Notes: a model not told the origin generated them from the letters alone. Numbered from the stretch's first letter, positions 1-9,550 are shown. The stretch: DNA of 11,989 nucleotides from Octopus sinensis (GCF_006345805.1 NW_021826803.1:1-11989), one strand, 5' to 3'. Numbers and translations are program-made.

Positions 1-50
1 TATACACTCATGTTATGAATTCTATACGTTTGTCTGTTGATATAACCCAG

Positions 51-76
51 CCGGAAATACAGCGCCATGACGTCAT
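51..76. promoter_or_regulatory. Cluster of TF-motif matches: ETS-like CCGGAAAT (51-58), YY1-like CGCCAT (63-68), CRE palindrome ATGACGTCAT (67-76)
   Basis: Direct motif matches within 26 bp. No TSS evidence; short motifs can arise by chance. Confidence 0.25.
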
Positions 77-191
77 TATTTATCCCCTTCCCTAGAGACT
101 CCTACACACATGCAAGAGATCTTATGTCTATCTTAGAATGCAAATCTCTACATTCATCTGAGTACTTTACAGCTATGTGTAACTGTTTGTT

Positions 192-296
192 TCTGTGTGT
201 GTCTGTGTGTCTGTGTCTGTATGTGTATACGTGTCAATGTTAATGCGCACATGTGTGTGTGGGTGGGTATCTTTGTTAATACACACACACACACAC
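192..296. repeat. Degenerate (TG)/(TGTC) tracts and a short (AC)n
   Basis: Read directly from the sequence. Confidence 0.85.
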
Positions 297-317
297 GAAT
301 CTTTATTTTGGGGTTCA

Positions 318-747
318 GTTTGATGATTTGATTTGATTTGATTTTTCCAGTTTCAGCTTATGAGCTGTGGCCATGCTGGGGCACCGCCATTTGGTGTTGC
401 TACTTGGTTTCACTTCATGAAGGCTTTCTAGCAGCTGCTATTTGGTGCATGAGAGAGTTCGATGCAGCTGCCCTCATCTGCCCCTCCTGCCGTGAAGTTG
501 GTTCATCTGGGACACCTGACAGGAAGAGATCCAGCTTCATTTTAAAGACATCTGTATCCACCCCATGCAGGTCTCTCAGGTTCTTCGGAAGGATATTGAA
601 GAGCTGTGGGCCTCGGAAGCCCAGGCTATCACAGAATCTTGTCCTACATCTTGATGGCAAGTTTGGAGTCCTAGGCACCACGCAGTGGCGCCCAGTTCTG
701 GCATTTGCGTAACTCTCGATGCCAAAGTTCAGGACACTTCCCTCCAG
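318..747 (-). mobile_element. 5'-truncated non-LTR retrotransposon (CR1/L2-group-like LINE): ORF2 C-terminus, short 3' UTR, (AAATC)n tail
   Basis: Open minus frame 747-415. 3' UTR ends GGCGGTGCCCCAGCATGGCCACAGCTCATAAGCTGAAAC, then AAATCAAATCAAATC. Simple-repeat tails are typical of CR1/L2-type elements. Clade assignment is from recalled motifs. Confidence 0.85.
415..747 (-). pseudogene. LINE ORF2 (reverse transcriptase protein) C-terminal remnant
   Basis: The track ORF 415..681 extends upstream in frame: LEGSVLNFGIESYANARTGRHCVVPRTPNLPSRCRTRFCDSLGFRGPQLFNILPKNLRDLHGVDTDVFKMKLDLFLSGVPDEP...RAAASNSLMHQ. GPxLFNxLP...FKxKLDxFL..VPDEP is a recognisable LINE ORF2 tail. Confidence 0.85.
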
Positions 748-927
748 TTATATCATAATAAAAACAATTTTACATTAATCTGTAGAGTACAAAAATTTTA
801 TTCTCAAACAATAATGTGGTTGATAGTAAGTGAAGATTCGGCCAGGTAATCCAACAGCAAGATGGTCAAAACTTCGAAGTCACTGGTAGTAAAATCCTTG
901 TTTAAGAAAAGTATATATATTTTCGAG

Positions 928-1121
928 AGGCGGAAACTGAAAAGAAGCCCGTCGTATATATATGTGGGTGTGTCTCTGTGGTGTCTGTATTTGTCCCCCT
1001 CCACCGCTTGACAACCGGTGTTGGTGTGCTTACGTCCCCCATAACTGTCCGACAAAAGAGACCGATAAAAGAAGCACCAAGCTTTAGAAAATGTGCTGGA
1101 GTCGATTCATTCGACTTAAAA
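928..1121 (+). mobile_element. Internal fragment of SINE family A (no tRNA head, no 3' tail)
   Basis: Colinear with the full copy at 10020-10541: GGAAACTGA..GAAGCCCGTCG, short microsatellite, CTTGACAACCG.TGTTGGTGTGCTTA.GTCCCC, GAGACCGATA, GGAGTCGATT..TTCGACT. Confidence 0.9.
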
Positions 1122-1126
1122 TATAT

Positions 1127-1322
1127 CGCCATGAAACATCGCTAGCCACTACACCTTTTTCTATTTTCTCTCCCTGTTTATTTCTGTGTTCCATTCTGTT
1201 GAAGAGCTTAGGCTCGAAACGTAAAAGAATTTTTCACTTCCCGAGCATTATCTGTTTGTTGTTTACACACCCGTCTTCGTCTTTTTTTTTTGTTGTTCTT
1301 GTAAATTCTCACAATATATATA
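1127..1322 (+). mobile_element. Putative non-autonomous Penelope-like (PLE)-derived repeat carrying a minimal hammerhead motif
   Basis: Pyrimidine-rich unit around the hammerhead-like motif, ending in (TA)n. It abuts the truncated SINE. It resembles an octopus repeat I recall, not verified; boundaries are approximate. Confidence 0.45.
1189..1229 (+). ncRNA. Minimal type I hammerhead-like motif with a mutated core
   Basis: CUGUUGA (1196-1202; A6->U relative to CUGAUGA), extra A, stem II GAGC-UUAG-GCUC (1204-1215), GAAA (1216-1219), CGU-A. Stem I is only partial (UUCCAUU vs AAAGAA). Confidence 0.55.
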
Positions 1323-1547
1323 TACACATACATACACAGGGATGGCCATCACCTGACAGTAAATCATTTGTAAGTTTTATTTTATGCATGTCTTCTCATG
1401 CATATACTTGCATATCTAGACATATTCATATATATACTTAAATGATAAGTTTTACAGATTTTTACACTTCTAGTGATGGATTGTATCTGTAATCTTCGAA
1501 TCAGCTTTCTCCTTTTTGGTTTTGAGAAGCTTAATTTCTCAAGACTG

Positions 1548-1853
1548 GTATGTATGTATATATGTGTGTATGTATGTATGTATGTATGTATGTATGTATG
1601 TATGTATGTACGTATGTGTGTGTGTGTATGTATGTATGTATGTATGTATGTATATATGTATGTGTGTATGTATGTATGTATGTGTGTGTGTGTATGTATG
1701 TATGTATATATGTATGTACAGTATGTATGTATATATGTATGTATGTATGTATGTATGTGTGTGTGTGTGTATGTACGTATGTATGTATGTATGTATGTAT
1801 GTATGTATGTATGTATGTATGTATGTATGTATGTATGCATGTATGTATGTATG
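1548..1853. repeat. (TATG)n microsatellite interspersed with (TG)n and (TA)n, ~300 bp
   Basis: Direct; it generates the spurious YVCM/HTYI ORFs. Confidence 0.98.
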
Positions 1854-2629
1854 AACATAAATACGAAAGAATGCACGTTTGTATGTAAGTATATCTAATT
1901 TATATATGTTTATATATTGATATTTGTATACGTAAAACTGGAAGCGAAATATTTGCTTAAATTTCTTTCCACGTCTTAAAAAATTCTTTGTCGCTTTGTT
2001 ATTTATTTTTTGATATTATTGTTATTATTATTGCTTATATTTCCTCTTCTTCTCCTCCATCACCCCAGAACAATCAAGTTGTCTCCGCCTCTGTCACCTC
2101 TGACACAACTTTCCCCCGCTCTCTCTCTCTCTCATACACACACTTATACACGCATACACACATTCACCCATCCTATCCTGACATCATCAACATAGTACAG
2201 TATTCATCACCACCAACCATAACAGCAAATCTCGTCCAAAACGAAAAGCAACAAACTTCCATAGATAGTGCACATTCTGCCAAACAGCAACAAAAATACA
2301 AGGGATTTCATTGAAGAAGTAACGAAAAAACCTACAAACCAACAAACCAACAAAACAACAAGCCAGCTAGTCCTCTTATCTTTTTGATAAGTCAGTTAGT
2401 CGAAGTGTAGAAACTAATACACGTCAGCCATCGGAGACGACAGAAACCAAATGCATTCACACTGCAGCACTCAGCGTGTTTCTATAAACAGGAGAGTTAC
2501 ACAAAGAAAAAATGGCGTCAGAATTCTTTTCGCGGTTTCCTATTGCTCATATAAATATTTAAAGTTGGAAAAATAATAAACTGTAAGATAGATAGATACG
2601 TCTGTTGCTGCATCAGACAGGAATCTTAC

Positions 2630-3062
2630 GTTTATACACACGTGTCTATGTGTGTGTGTGTTTGTGAGTGTGTGTGTGGTGTGTGGTGTGTGTGTGTGTG
2701 TGAGAGTGAGTGTGAGAGTGTGCATGGTGTGAGTGTGCGTGCGTATGTATACTTATATTTGTATGTATATAGGTAAGTGTGTGTATGTGCGTGTGTATAT
2801 ATATACATATACATACACGCACACATATTTCACATAAATGATACATATATAGATACACATCTATCTATCTCTCTATCAGTCTCTCTGTCTGTCTGTCTGT
2901 CTCTCTGTCAGTCTATCTATCTGCATATATATGTTTATATTTATAGAGAGAGAGAGAGAGAAATAGAGGGCGACAGAGAGACAGAGAGAGTTCATATACA
3001 TACATACATACATAGTACATGCATACATACATTCATGCATGCATACGTACATACATACTTAT
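2630..3062. repeat. Compound microsatellite: (TG), (TA), (CA), (TCTA), (TCTG), (AG), (CATA)
   Basis: Direct. Confidence 0.95.
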
Positions 3063-3170
3063 GTAAATTAAGATTTTAATATCGTAATAAATCCTTCCTG
3101 ATAACTCCACGACACAGATTTTAAAGCAACCCCTCAATCGCTGGTCCCAACTTCTTGCAAAGATAACGAG

Positions 3171-3172
<2 letters not shown>

Positions 3173-3208
<36 letters not shown>

Positions 3209-3216
3209 ACACACAC
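3173..3216. repeat. (AC)n microsatellite
   Basis: Direct; one AT interruption. Confidence 0.98.
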
Positions 3217-4029
3217 GACATCACGCTACTTGATATACTTCTATCGAATACGATTGCTGAAACTTACAAGAAAACGAACTTTCCAATATTCAATATGATA
3301 AACAGCGAAACTAGAGGACGAGAGACTGTAAGAAATACAGAACTGCATGACTCGCTTCACTATGTAACTCCCTTACATAACACTTAAAGACCATAAGCGA
3401 AACCTCCACTCTAGCTGCATGTTAATAAACCCCTTTAAAACTGGGCATAGCCAGTAAGCCAATTCTAATTGAAGTTCTTCTGATAATCAGAAATACTACG
3501 AGGTTAAATCGCTTGGTTCAATGGCATTAAAAATAAAATCTACTGCAAATTATTTCCGTTCGAAATTGTCGAGATTTTTCTATCTATACCTGAATTTCTC
3601 CTGGCCACATAACAACCTGTATTCGCAGGCTCTGTTTGGCTGAGAAGCTGCACATATTGATGCAGCCTGTGATATTCGTCACTGCGTTTATCATGGGCTT
3701 GTTCCAAATGCCCGGTTCAGAAAGAAATTCGAAGATTTGATTTCTTTAGTAATGTCAGTCAATCTCAGCTGAGTCATTTCCTTTATATCTTACACCCCTC
3801 TTTACAGTGTTAAGAACATTAAACAGCTTCTTATGCAACAGCTTGTTGAAAATTTCTTGGCGGGCCTGGACTCATCTAAATGAAAACTTCCTTTACCAAA
3901 TGAAGGACAAACCGTTAAGCCGAACGCATGTATGGTTTCACAAATCTCACTCATTTGGTCGATTAGATACGTGCATTCATGCTTATGAAACTTCGAGTAA
4001 TGAATCTTTAATTAGCTATCTTGAAATAT

Positions 4030-4247
4030 TGGTTTCAAATTTTGGCGCAGGGCCAGCAGTTTTTGGGAGGGGGCCAAGTCGATTAAATCGACCCCAGTGC
4101 TCAACTTGTACATATTCTATCGATCCTGAAAGGATGAAAAGCAAAGTGAACCTCGGCGGAATTTGAACTCAGAACGCAGAGACGGAAGAAATGTCTCTAA
4201 GCATCTGGCACAGTGTGAGCTAGCGATTCTATCAACTCACCGTCTTT
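4030..4247 (-). mobile_element. tRNA-derived SINE family B, copy 1
   Basis: Minus strand: diverged head, B-box-like GAGTTCAAATTCC, GCTTTTCATCCTTTCAGGATCGATAGAA, CTGGGGTCGATTTAATCGACT, tail GCTGGCCCTGCGCCAAAATTTGAAACCAAT. Homologous to 4264-4505 and 4521-4700. Confidence 0.9.
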
Positions 4248-4263
4248 AGTTATCTAGAAATAT

Positions 4264-4505
4264 TCATTTCTTGATTTCCACAGGGGGCTAAGCATAGAGG
4301 GGGCAAACAAGGACAGACAAGGACAGACAAAGGGATTAAATAGATTACATCGACCCCAATGCGTATCTGGTATTTATTTAATTGACCCCGAGAGGATGAA
4401 AGGCAAAGTCGACGTCGGTGGAATTTGAACTCAGAACGTAACGGCAGACGAAATACTGCTAAGTATTTCGTCCGGCGTGCTAACGATTCTGCCAGCTCGC
4501 CGCCC
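4264..4505 (-). mobile_element. tRNA-derived SINE family B, copy 2 (best preserved, different 3' tail)
   Basis: A-box TGGCAGAATCG and B-box-like GAGTTCAAATTCC. Perfect 10-bp stem GACGAAATAC/GTATTTCGTC (4447-4472). The tail contains a 10-bp CAAGGACAGA duplication. Confidence 0.92.
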
Positions 4506-4520
4506 TTTATCTAGAAATAC

Positions 4521-4700
4521 TGGTTCCAAATGTTGGCACCAGGCCAGCGATTTCAGAGGGCTAAGTCTATGACATCAGCCCTCAATGCAAAACTGGTACT
4601 TATTTTATCGACTCTGAAAGGATGAAAGACAAAGATGACTGGCGGAATTTGAACTTAGAAAGCATAGTCGGAAGTAACGCCGCTAAACATTTTTTCCGGC
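4521..4700 (-). mobile_element. tRNA-derived SINE family B, copy 3 (head missing its first ~25 nt, diverged)
   Basis: Shares GAAAGGATGAAAG..AAAG and GGCGGAATTTGAACT with copies 1 and 2; same tail type as copy 1. Confidence 0.85.
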
Positions 4701-4879
4701 ACCTTATCTATCTAGAAATATTAACTCTACATAATTTACTACATCCTTTTTACTTTAGCTTGCTTGTGAGCAAATATGTGTGTTACATGTATGACTTAGC
4801 AGATGGGATGACAGATAATTATTTGTGTAAACGATTACGTTTTTTTCTTGGAATGTGAAATGGGCGTAGCATCTGCAAT

Positions 4880-5132
4880 GAGCCCTAGAACACAGAAGGT
4901 CAGGGTTTCAGCCGGCTTCCATAACGTATGAAGGACTGAGATTTCAGCTCTTCCCACCCCTGAACGGGAAGCTAGTCCCTGTAGAGTTAACTTTCCAGCT
5001 ACTTCTGGGACTCGTTTATAGCTGTTTGGACTGGAATAACGTGAAATAAAGTTTTCCGCAAAAATACAAAAGGCTACCCGCTACGGGAACCTAAAATGGT
5101 GAGTGCCTTGCCCTGAGCACCAGTCCACATGC
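4880..5132 (-). mobile_element. Degraded SINE, probable third family (C)
   Basis: Minus strand ...TTTATTTCACGTTATTCCAGTCCAAACAGCT...GGGACTAGCTTCCCGTTCAGGGG matches the layout of a cephalopod tRNA SINE as I recall it. Pol III boxes are barely recognisable and there is no second copy in the window. Confidence 0.5.
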
Positions 5133-5199
5133 ATTCACAAAATAGGTTAAAAAGAACAAAAAATATCATAGTTTCATAGGAAGCATTTCATTAAAAATT

Positions 5200-5370
5200 G
5201 GAGAATCGGACGCATGAGACGCACAATCGGTCTAGCAGAGAAAACGTGTGTCGTGTAAAATATAAATATTAATTCCGACCTGCTCAAAATAGCAGTTAGT
5301 CGAAATTTTAAGAGGGCTTGATGATCACGAGTGGGATCACTTTGATCATAGATCTTCTCGGCCAAACAAC
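5200..5370 (+). mobile_element. Possible highly decayed RTE-type LINE 3' end
   Basis: AATCGGACGCATGAGACGCACA gives NRDAWRRT only after two single-base repairs. GATCACTTTGATCATAGATCT...AAACAACA resembles a recalled RTE tail. Confidence 0.25.
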
Positions 5371-5417
5371 ATGTTCAGCAGAAATGTTTTGTTAAAAGAA
5401 AGAATATTTCAGTCAAA

Positions 5418-5418
5418 T

Positions 5419-5454
<36 letters not shown>

Positions 5455-5655
5455 AATAATAATAATAAGAAGAAGAAGAAGAAGAAGAAGAAGAGGTAGA
5501 AGAGGTAGAAGAAGAAGAAGAAGAAGAAGAAGAAGAAGAAGAAGAAGAAGAAGAAGAAGAAGAAGAAGAAGAAGAAGAAGAAGAAGAGAAGAAGAAGAAG
5601 AAGAAGAAGAAGAAGAAGAAGAAGAAGAAGAAGAAGAAGAAGAAGAAGAAGAAGA
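5418..5655. repeat. Compound trinucleotide tract (CAA)n-(TAA)n-(GAA)n; GAA part ~190 bp
   Basis: Direct. Interruptions: GAGGTA twice (~5493-5506) and a 1-nt deletion (~5586). Confidence 0.98.
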
Positions 5656-6213
5656 CTCATCCAGCTCACGCCACATATCACGATTGGGAGGTGTGATTCT
5701 CATTCTTAAACTCTTTTTCGCATTCATTGAGGATATCTGATAGGTGGAGACAAGAAGGCGTGGCTAATAAGTGCGGTCCCACTACGCGGCACCGTGAACA
5801 AATGACTATGAATATAGCCTCGAATCTACAAATGAATTATGAATGAAATTTTGTAGACGAAATCTTTACGGAAGATTACACACACAAAACCCATGGCATA
5901 GATTTAGTCATATATTTATATGCAGGCATACTCACAGCCAAAAAAGACAGAAAGACGGAAATGTAAAAATCACACACGTATATGAGCTTGGATTAGATTT
6001 ATATTATGAGGAAAGAGAGAAAGGAGAAAAGAAAGCGTCAATATTTGTAACACTCATACCATATTCCAAAAGCGTCTGTCGATGGGAATAAAGTTGTTGC
6101 CGAACTGAGCAAGTAGAACAATCTGACGTTTCGGAATAAATCATTCACCACTCAGTCACTGGATTTCATTAAAGCCAACAAACTATCTTGTACCACGTAC
6201 ATAATTCACATGC

Positions 6214-6320
6214 ATACACACACACGCACGCACACACACACACACACACACATACACACACACACGCACGCGTACGCGTACAGACATATTCATACACACT
6301 CATACGTAGACACATATAAA
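6214..6320. repeat. (CA)/(CGCA) microsatellite
   Basis: Direct. Confidence 0.92.
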
Positions 6321-6497
6321 GAGCTATGTCTATATACATTTGATGAAATCAATAAAATCTACTTACGACTCAAATATAAATGAACTGAAAGAATGCGTTG
6401 CAATATAATCTAAGAAATACTGAAGCTGATGACGTTAACAATTTTAAGAATGGGGAAAAAATCCCCTCTTTTCCATTTTTTTCTCTTTTTTTGACAG

Positions 6498-6554
6498 CCG
6501 TTGGAAGAGACTATCTTATATAATATATACTTTCAGGGAGGAAAAAAAACGAAG
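6498..6554 (+). other. Candidate spliceosomal internal exon (57 nt; alternative 18-nt form 6537-6554) of an unidentified gene
   Basis: ~31-nt polypyrimidine tract (6462-6492), ACAG acceptor (AG 6496-6497), no AG in 6449-6495, donor AAG|GTAAGG at 6555. Open in two phases. Confidence 0.45.
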
Positions 6555-6589
6555 GTAAGGGTAACAAAACAAATACAAATACACACATT

Positions 6590-7212
6590 GGTGAAAAACA
6601 TTCACACACACACACACACACATACACGTGCACGCACACAACACACACACACACAACACACACCACACATATATTGTTACGTATATCATATGTCTGTATT
6701 GAATAAAAATAGCCTAACAAAATACTTAAGGATGCATGCACATATACACACATATACACAAGTGAACCCACCCCTACACACACATACACACATATAGACA
6801 CACACATAAGAAGGACGTATATAGGCACATATATTGATCTAAGTAACGATCTATCACTCACTTCATCGCCTTCAATCTCAGTTTTCTCCTTCTGTAGACA
6901 CACACACACACGCGCACACACATGCATATAGCTATATGCACACACATATACATATGTATAATGTGTATGTATGTGCGTCGTGTGTATGTGCATCTAAAAA
7001 TGAATGTGGTTATGTATGTAGATGTGTGTATGTGTTTGCATGTGTGCTTGTATGTTTAAACGAATGTGTACAGTTCTTTGTATGTAAGTTAAGGCATATA
7101 TAATGAAACATATATACATAACACATGCACAAACACACGCACGCACACACTCACACACACGCACACTTCACGCACACACGCACACTTCACGCACACACAC
7201 ACACACACACAT
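6590..7212. repeat. Series of degenerate (CA)/(TG)/(CATA) tracts with short unique spacers
   Basis: Direct; includes a local duplication of GCACACTTCACGCACACAC around 7160-7200. Confidence 0.85.
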
Positions 7213-7339
7213 ATCCTTAAGCATATAGTCGTATTCGGCTTTAATAATACACATACGTAAGTATAGGGTACACGAACGAGAGCACTGACGCCACCACTCA
7301 CGTAAACACAAATACACATGTAATGATATATTTATTTTC

Positions 7340-8290
<951 letters not shown>

Positions 8291-9244
8291 TAGATGCGAG
8301 TAAACAAACTCCGACCCTATCATTTTACAGGATGTTTATTTTATTTGCCTATCGTCTGTATATGACACTGTTATGATAAGCAACGGGGCATTCGGAAATA
8401 TTCCGCATTGGGCTGGACCGAAAGAACGAAGAACTAGTAAAAGAAACACGTGAAAAACTTTTCATTATAAGGATCACGTATTGAAAACAATCTTATAGAG
8501 CCTTCACTTATTCATAGAAAACAGCAACAATAACAAGAAGAAGAAGAAGAAGAAAAACTGCGGCAGTAACAAGGAGAACAGCAACAAGAACATAAACAAA
8601 ACGAAGATAAAGCGAAAGAGACGTGAACATGGAGAACGAAAGAAAACGAGAGAGAATTAAATGCAGTAAAGAAATTGAAAAAGAAAATACAAACGCCATT
8701 GATAAAGGAGTATTTATCTCCTTATCTGAATATCAACCGCTCTACTACAACCGCCATTTTGTTTTTATTCTAATATAGTATTATTTTATTTACTTGCTTG
8801 TTTTAGTTCATTCCCTTTTATTTTATTCCACAATTTTTCTTCTATTTTGTTTTTCAATGTTGTGTGCATGCATCGTCCGATATTTTATTTTTTATAGTTG
8901 GTTGTTTTAACATTCCGCTATTCCATCATTCATTCTCTTGTTATTCCATACACTCTCGTATTCCTTGTTCTTTAATCAATTTTTTTTCTGTATACTCATC
9001 TCTCCCTATTTATATGTGAGCGTGTGTGTGTGTGTGTGTGTATTTATTTTTGCATTCTCATTTTGTGTTCTATATATCTAAAGTTAGTTTTTCAGTGAGT
9101 GCTTGATCGTGTAAACGAACTACCTACCCAGGGGCAGCCATCGACTTTTTATATCCCAAAGGAGTTTTTAACCCAATTTTTATACTCTATTATTTATAAC
9201 TATATCATCTGCTTCGAGACCCACTGTTCCTCAAAAGAATTATG

Positions 9245-9478
9245 CGTGAGTATATGTATGTGTGTGCGCTTGTGTCTGTGCATAAACACTATACACACTC
9301 ACACACATATATGTATATATATATATACATACATATATATATATATATGTGTGTGTGTGTATGTGTGTGTATATATACTTATACATATATGCACATATAC
9401 GTATGTGTATATGTTTTGTGTGTGTATATATAAGCATAGATATATATACATATGCACACGCATATATACATCATAGTA
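9245..9478. repeat. Compound (TG)/(TA)/(CA) microsatellite
   Basis: Direct. Confidence 0.92.
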
Positions 9479-9534
9479 TGTAGGGATTATAGTAGGTAAA
9501 TAAGTACTATATATGTTTCCAAGAAAGTTGACTG

Positions 9535-9550
9535 GAAGTTACGTAACTTC
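9535..9550. repeat. Perfect 16-bp palindrome GAAGTTACGTAACTTC
   Basis: Self-reverse-complementary, in non-repetitive sequence. Confidence 0.95.

Noticed and set aside
338-712. 124-aa plus-strand ORF
   Set aside because: Antisense shadow of the LINE ORF2 remnant.
316-749. CAGTT at 316-320 and 745-749 as the LINE TSD
   Set aside because: Only 5 bp and overlapping element sequence; chance level.
804-1132. Minus ORFs 804..1055 and 902..1132 (similarly 10142..10411 and 10320..10592)
   Set aside because: They run through SINE family A sequence and have no protein-like features.
1452-1541. Two 7-8 bp inverted repeats; also the 10-bp palindrome at 871-880
   Set aside because: Expected by chance in AT-rich DNA of this length.
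1382-1898. ORFs 1382..1876, 1473..1898, 1516..1854, 1550..1888
   Set aside because: Translations of the (TATG)n tract, which lacks stops in most frames.
2771-2778. Perfect AG|GTAAGT donor
   Set aside because: Embedded in a TG/TA microsatellite, with no upstream exon or acceptor.
3807-4166. 119-aa ORF as a gene (also 4622..4858)
   Set aside because: GTG start and the 3' part lies in antisense SINE sequence; only the splice-site possibility is retained.
4440-4505. tRNA gene at the head of SINE copy 2 (and at 10020-10085)
   Set aside because: Pol III boxes are present, but I see no complete cloverleaf and the sequence continues into SINE body.
4017-4721. CRISPR-like repeat-spacer array
   Set aside because: Eukaryotic context; the repeats are 13 bp and the ~200-bp spacers are homologous SINE copies.
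5409-5727. Poly-Leu/Phe/Ser ORFs resembling membrane proteins
   Set aside because: Products of the (CAA)(TAA)(GAA) tract.
8331-8453. Acceptor TTTTACAG followed by a 40-codon frame
   Set aside because: Short pyrimidine tract, no convincing donor and no recognisable peptide.
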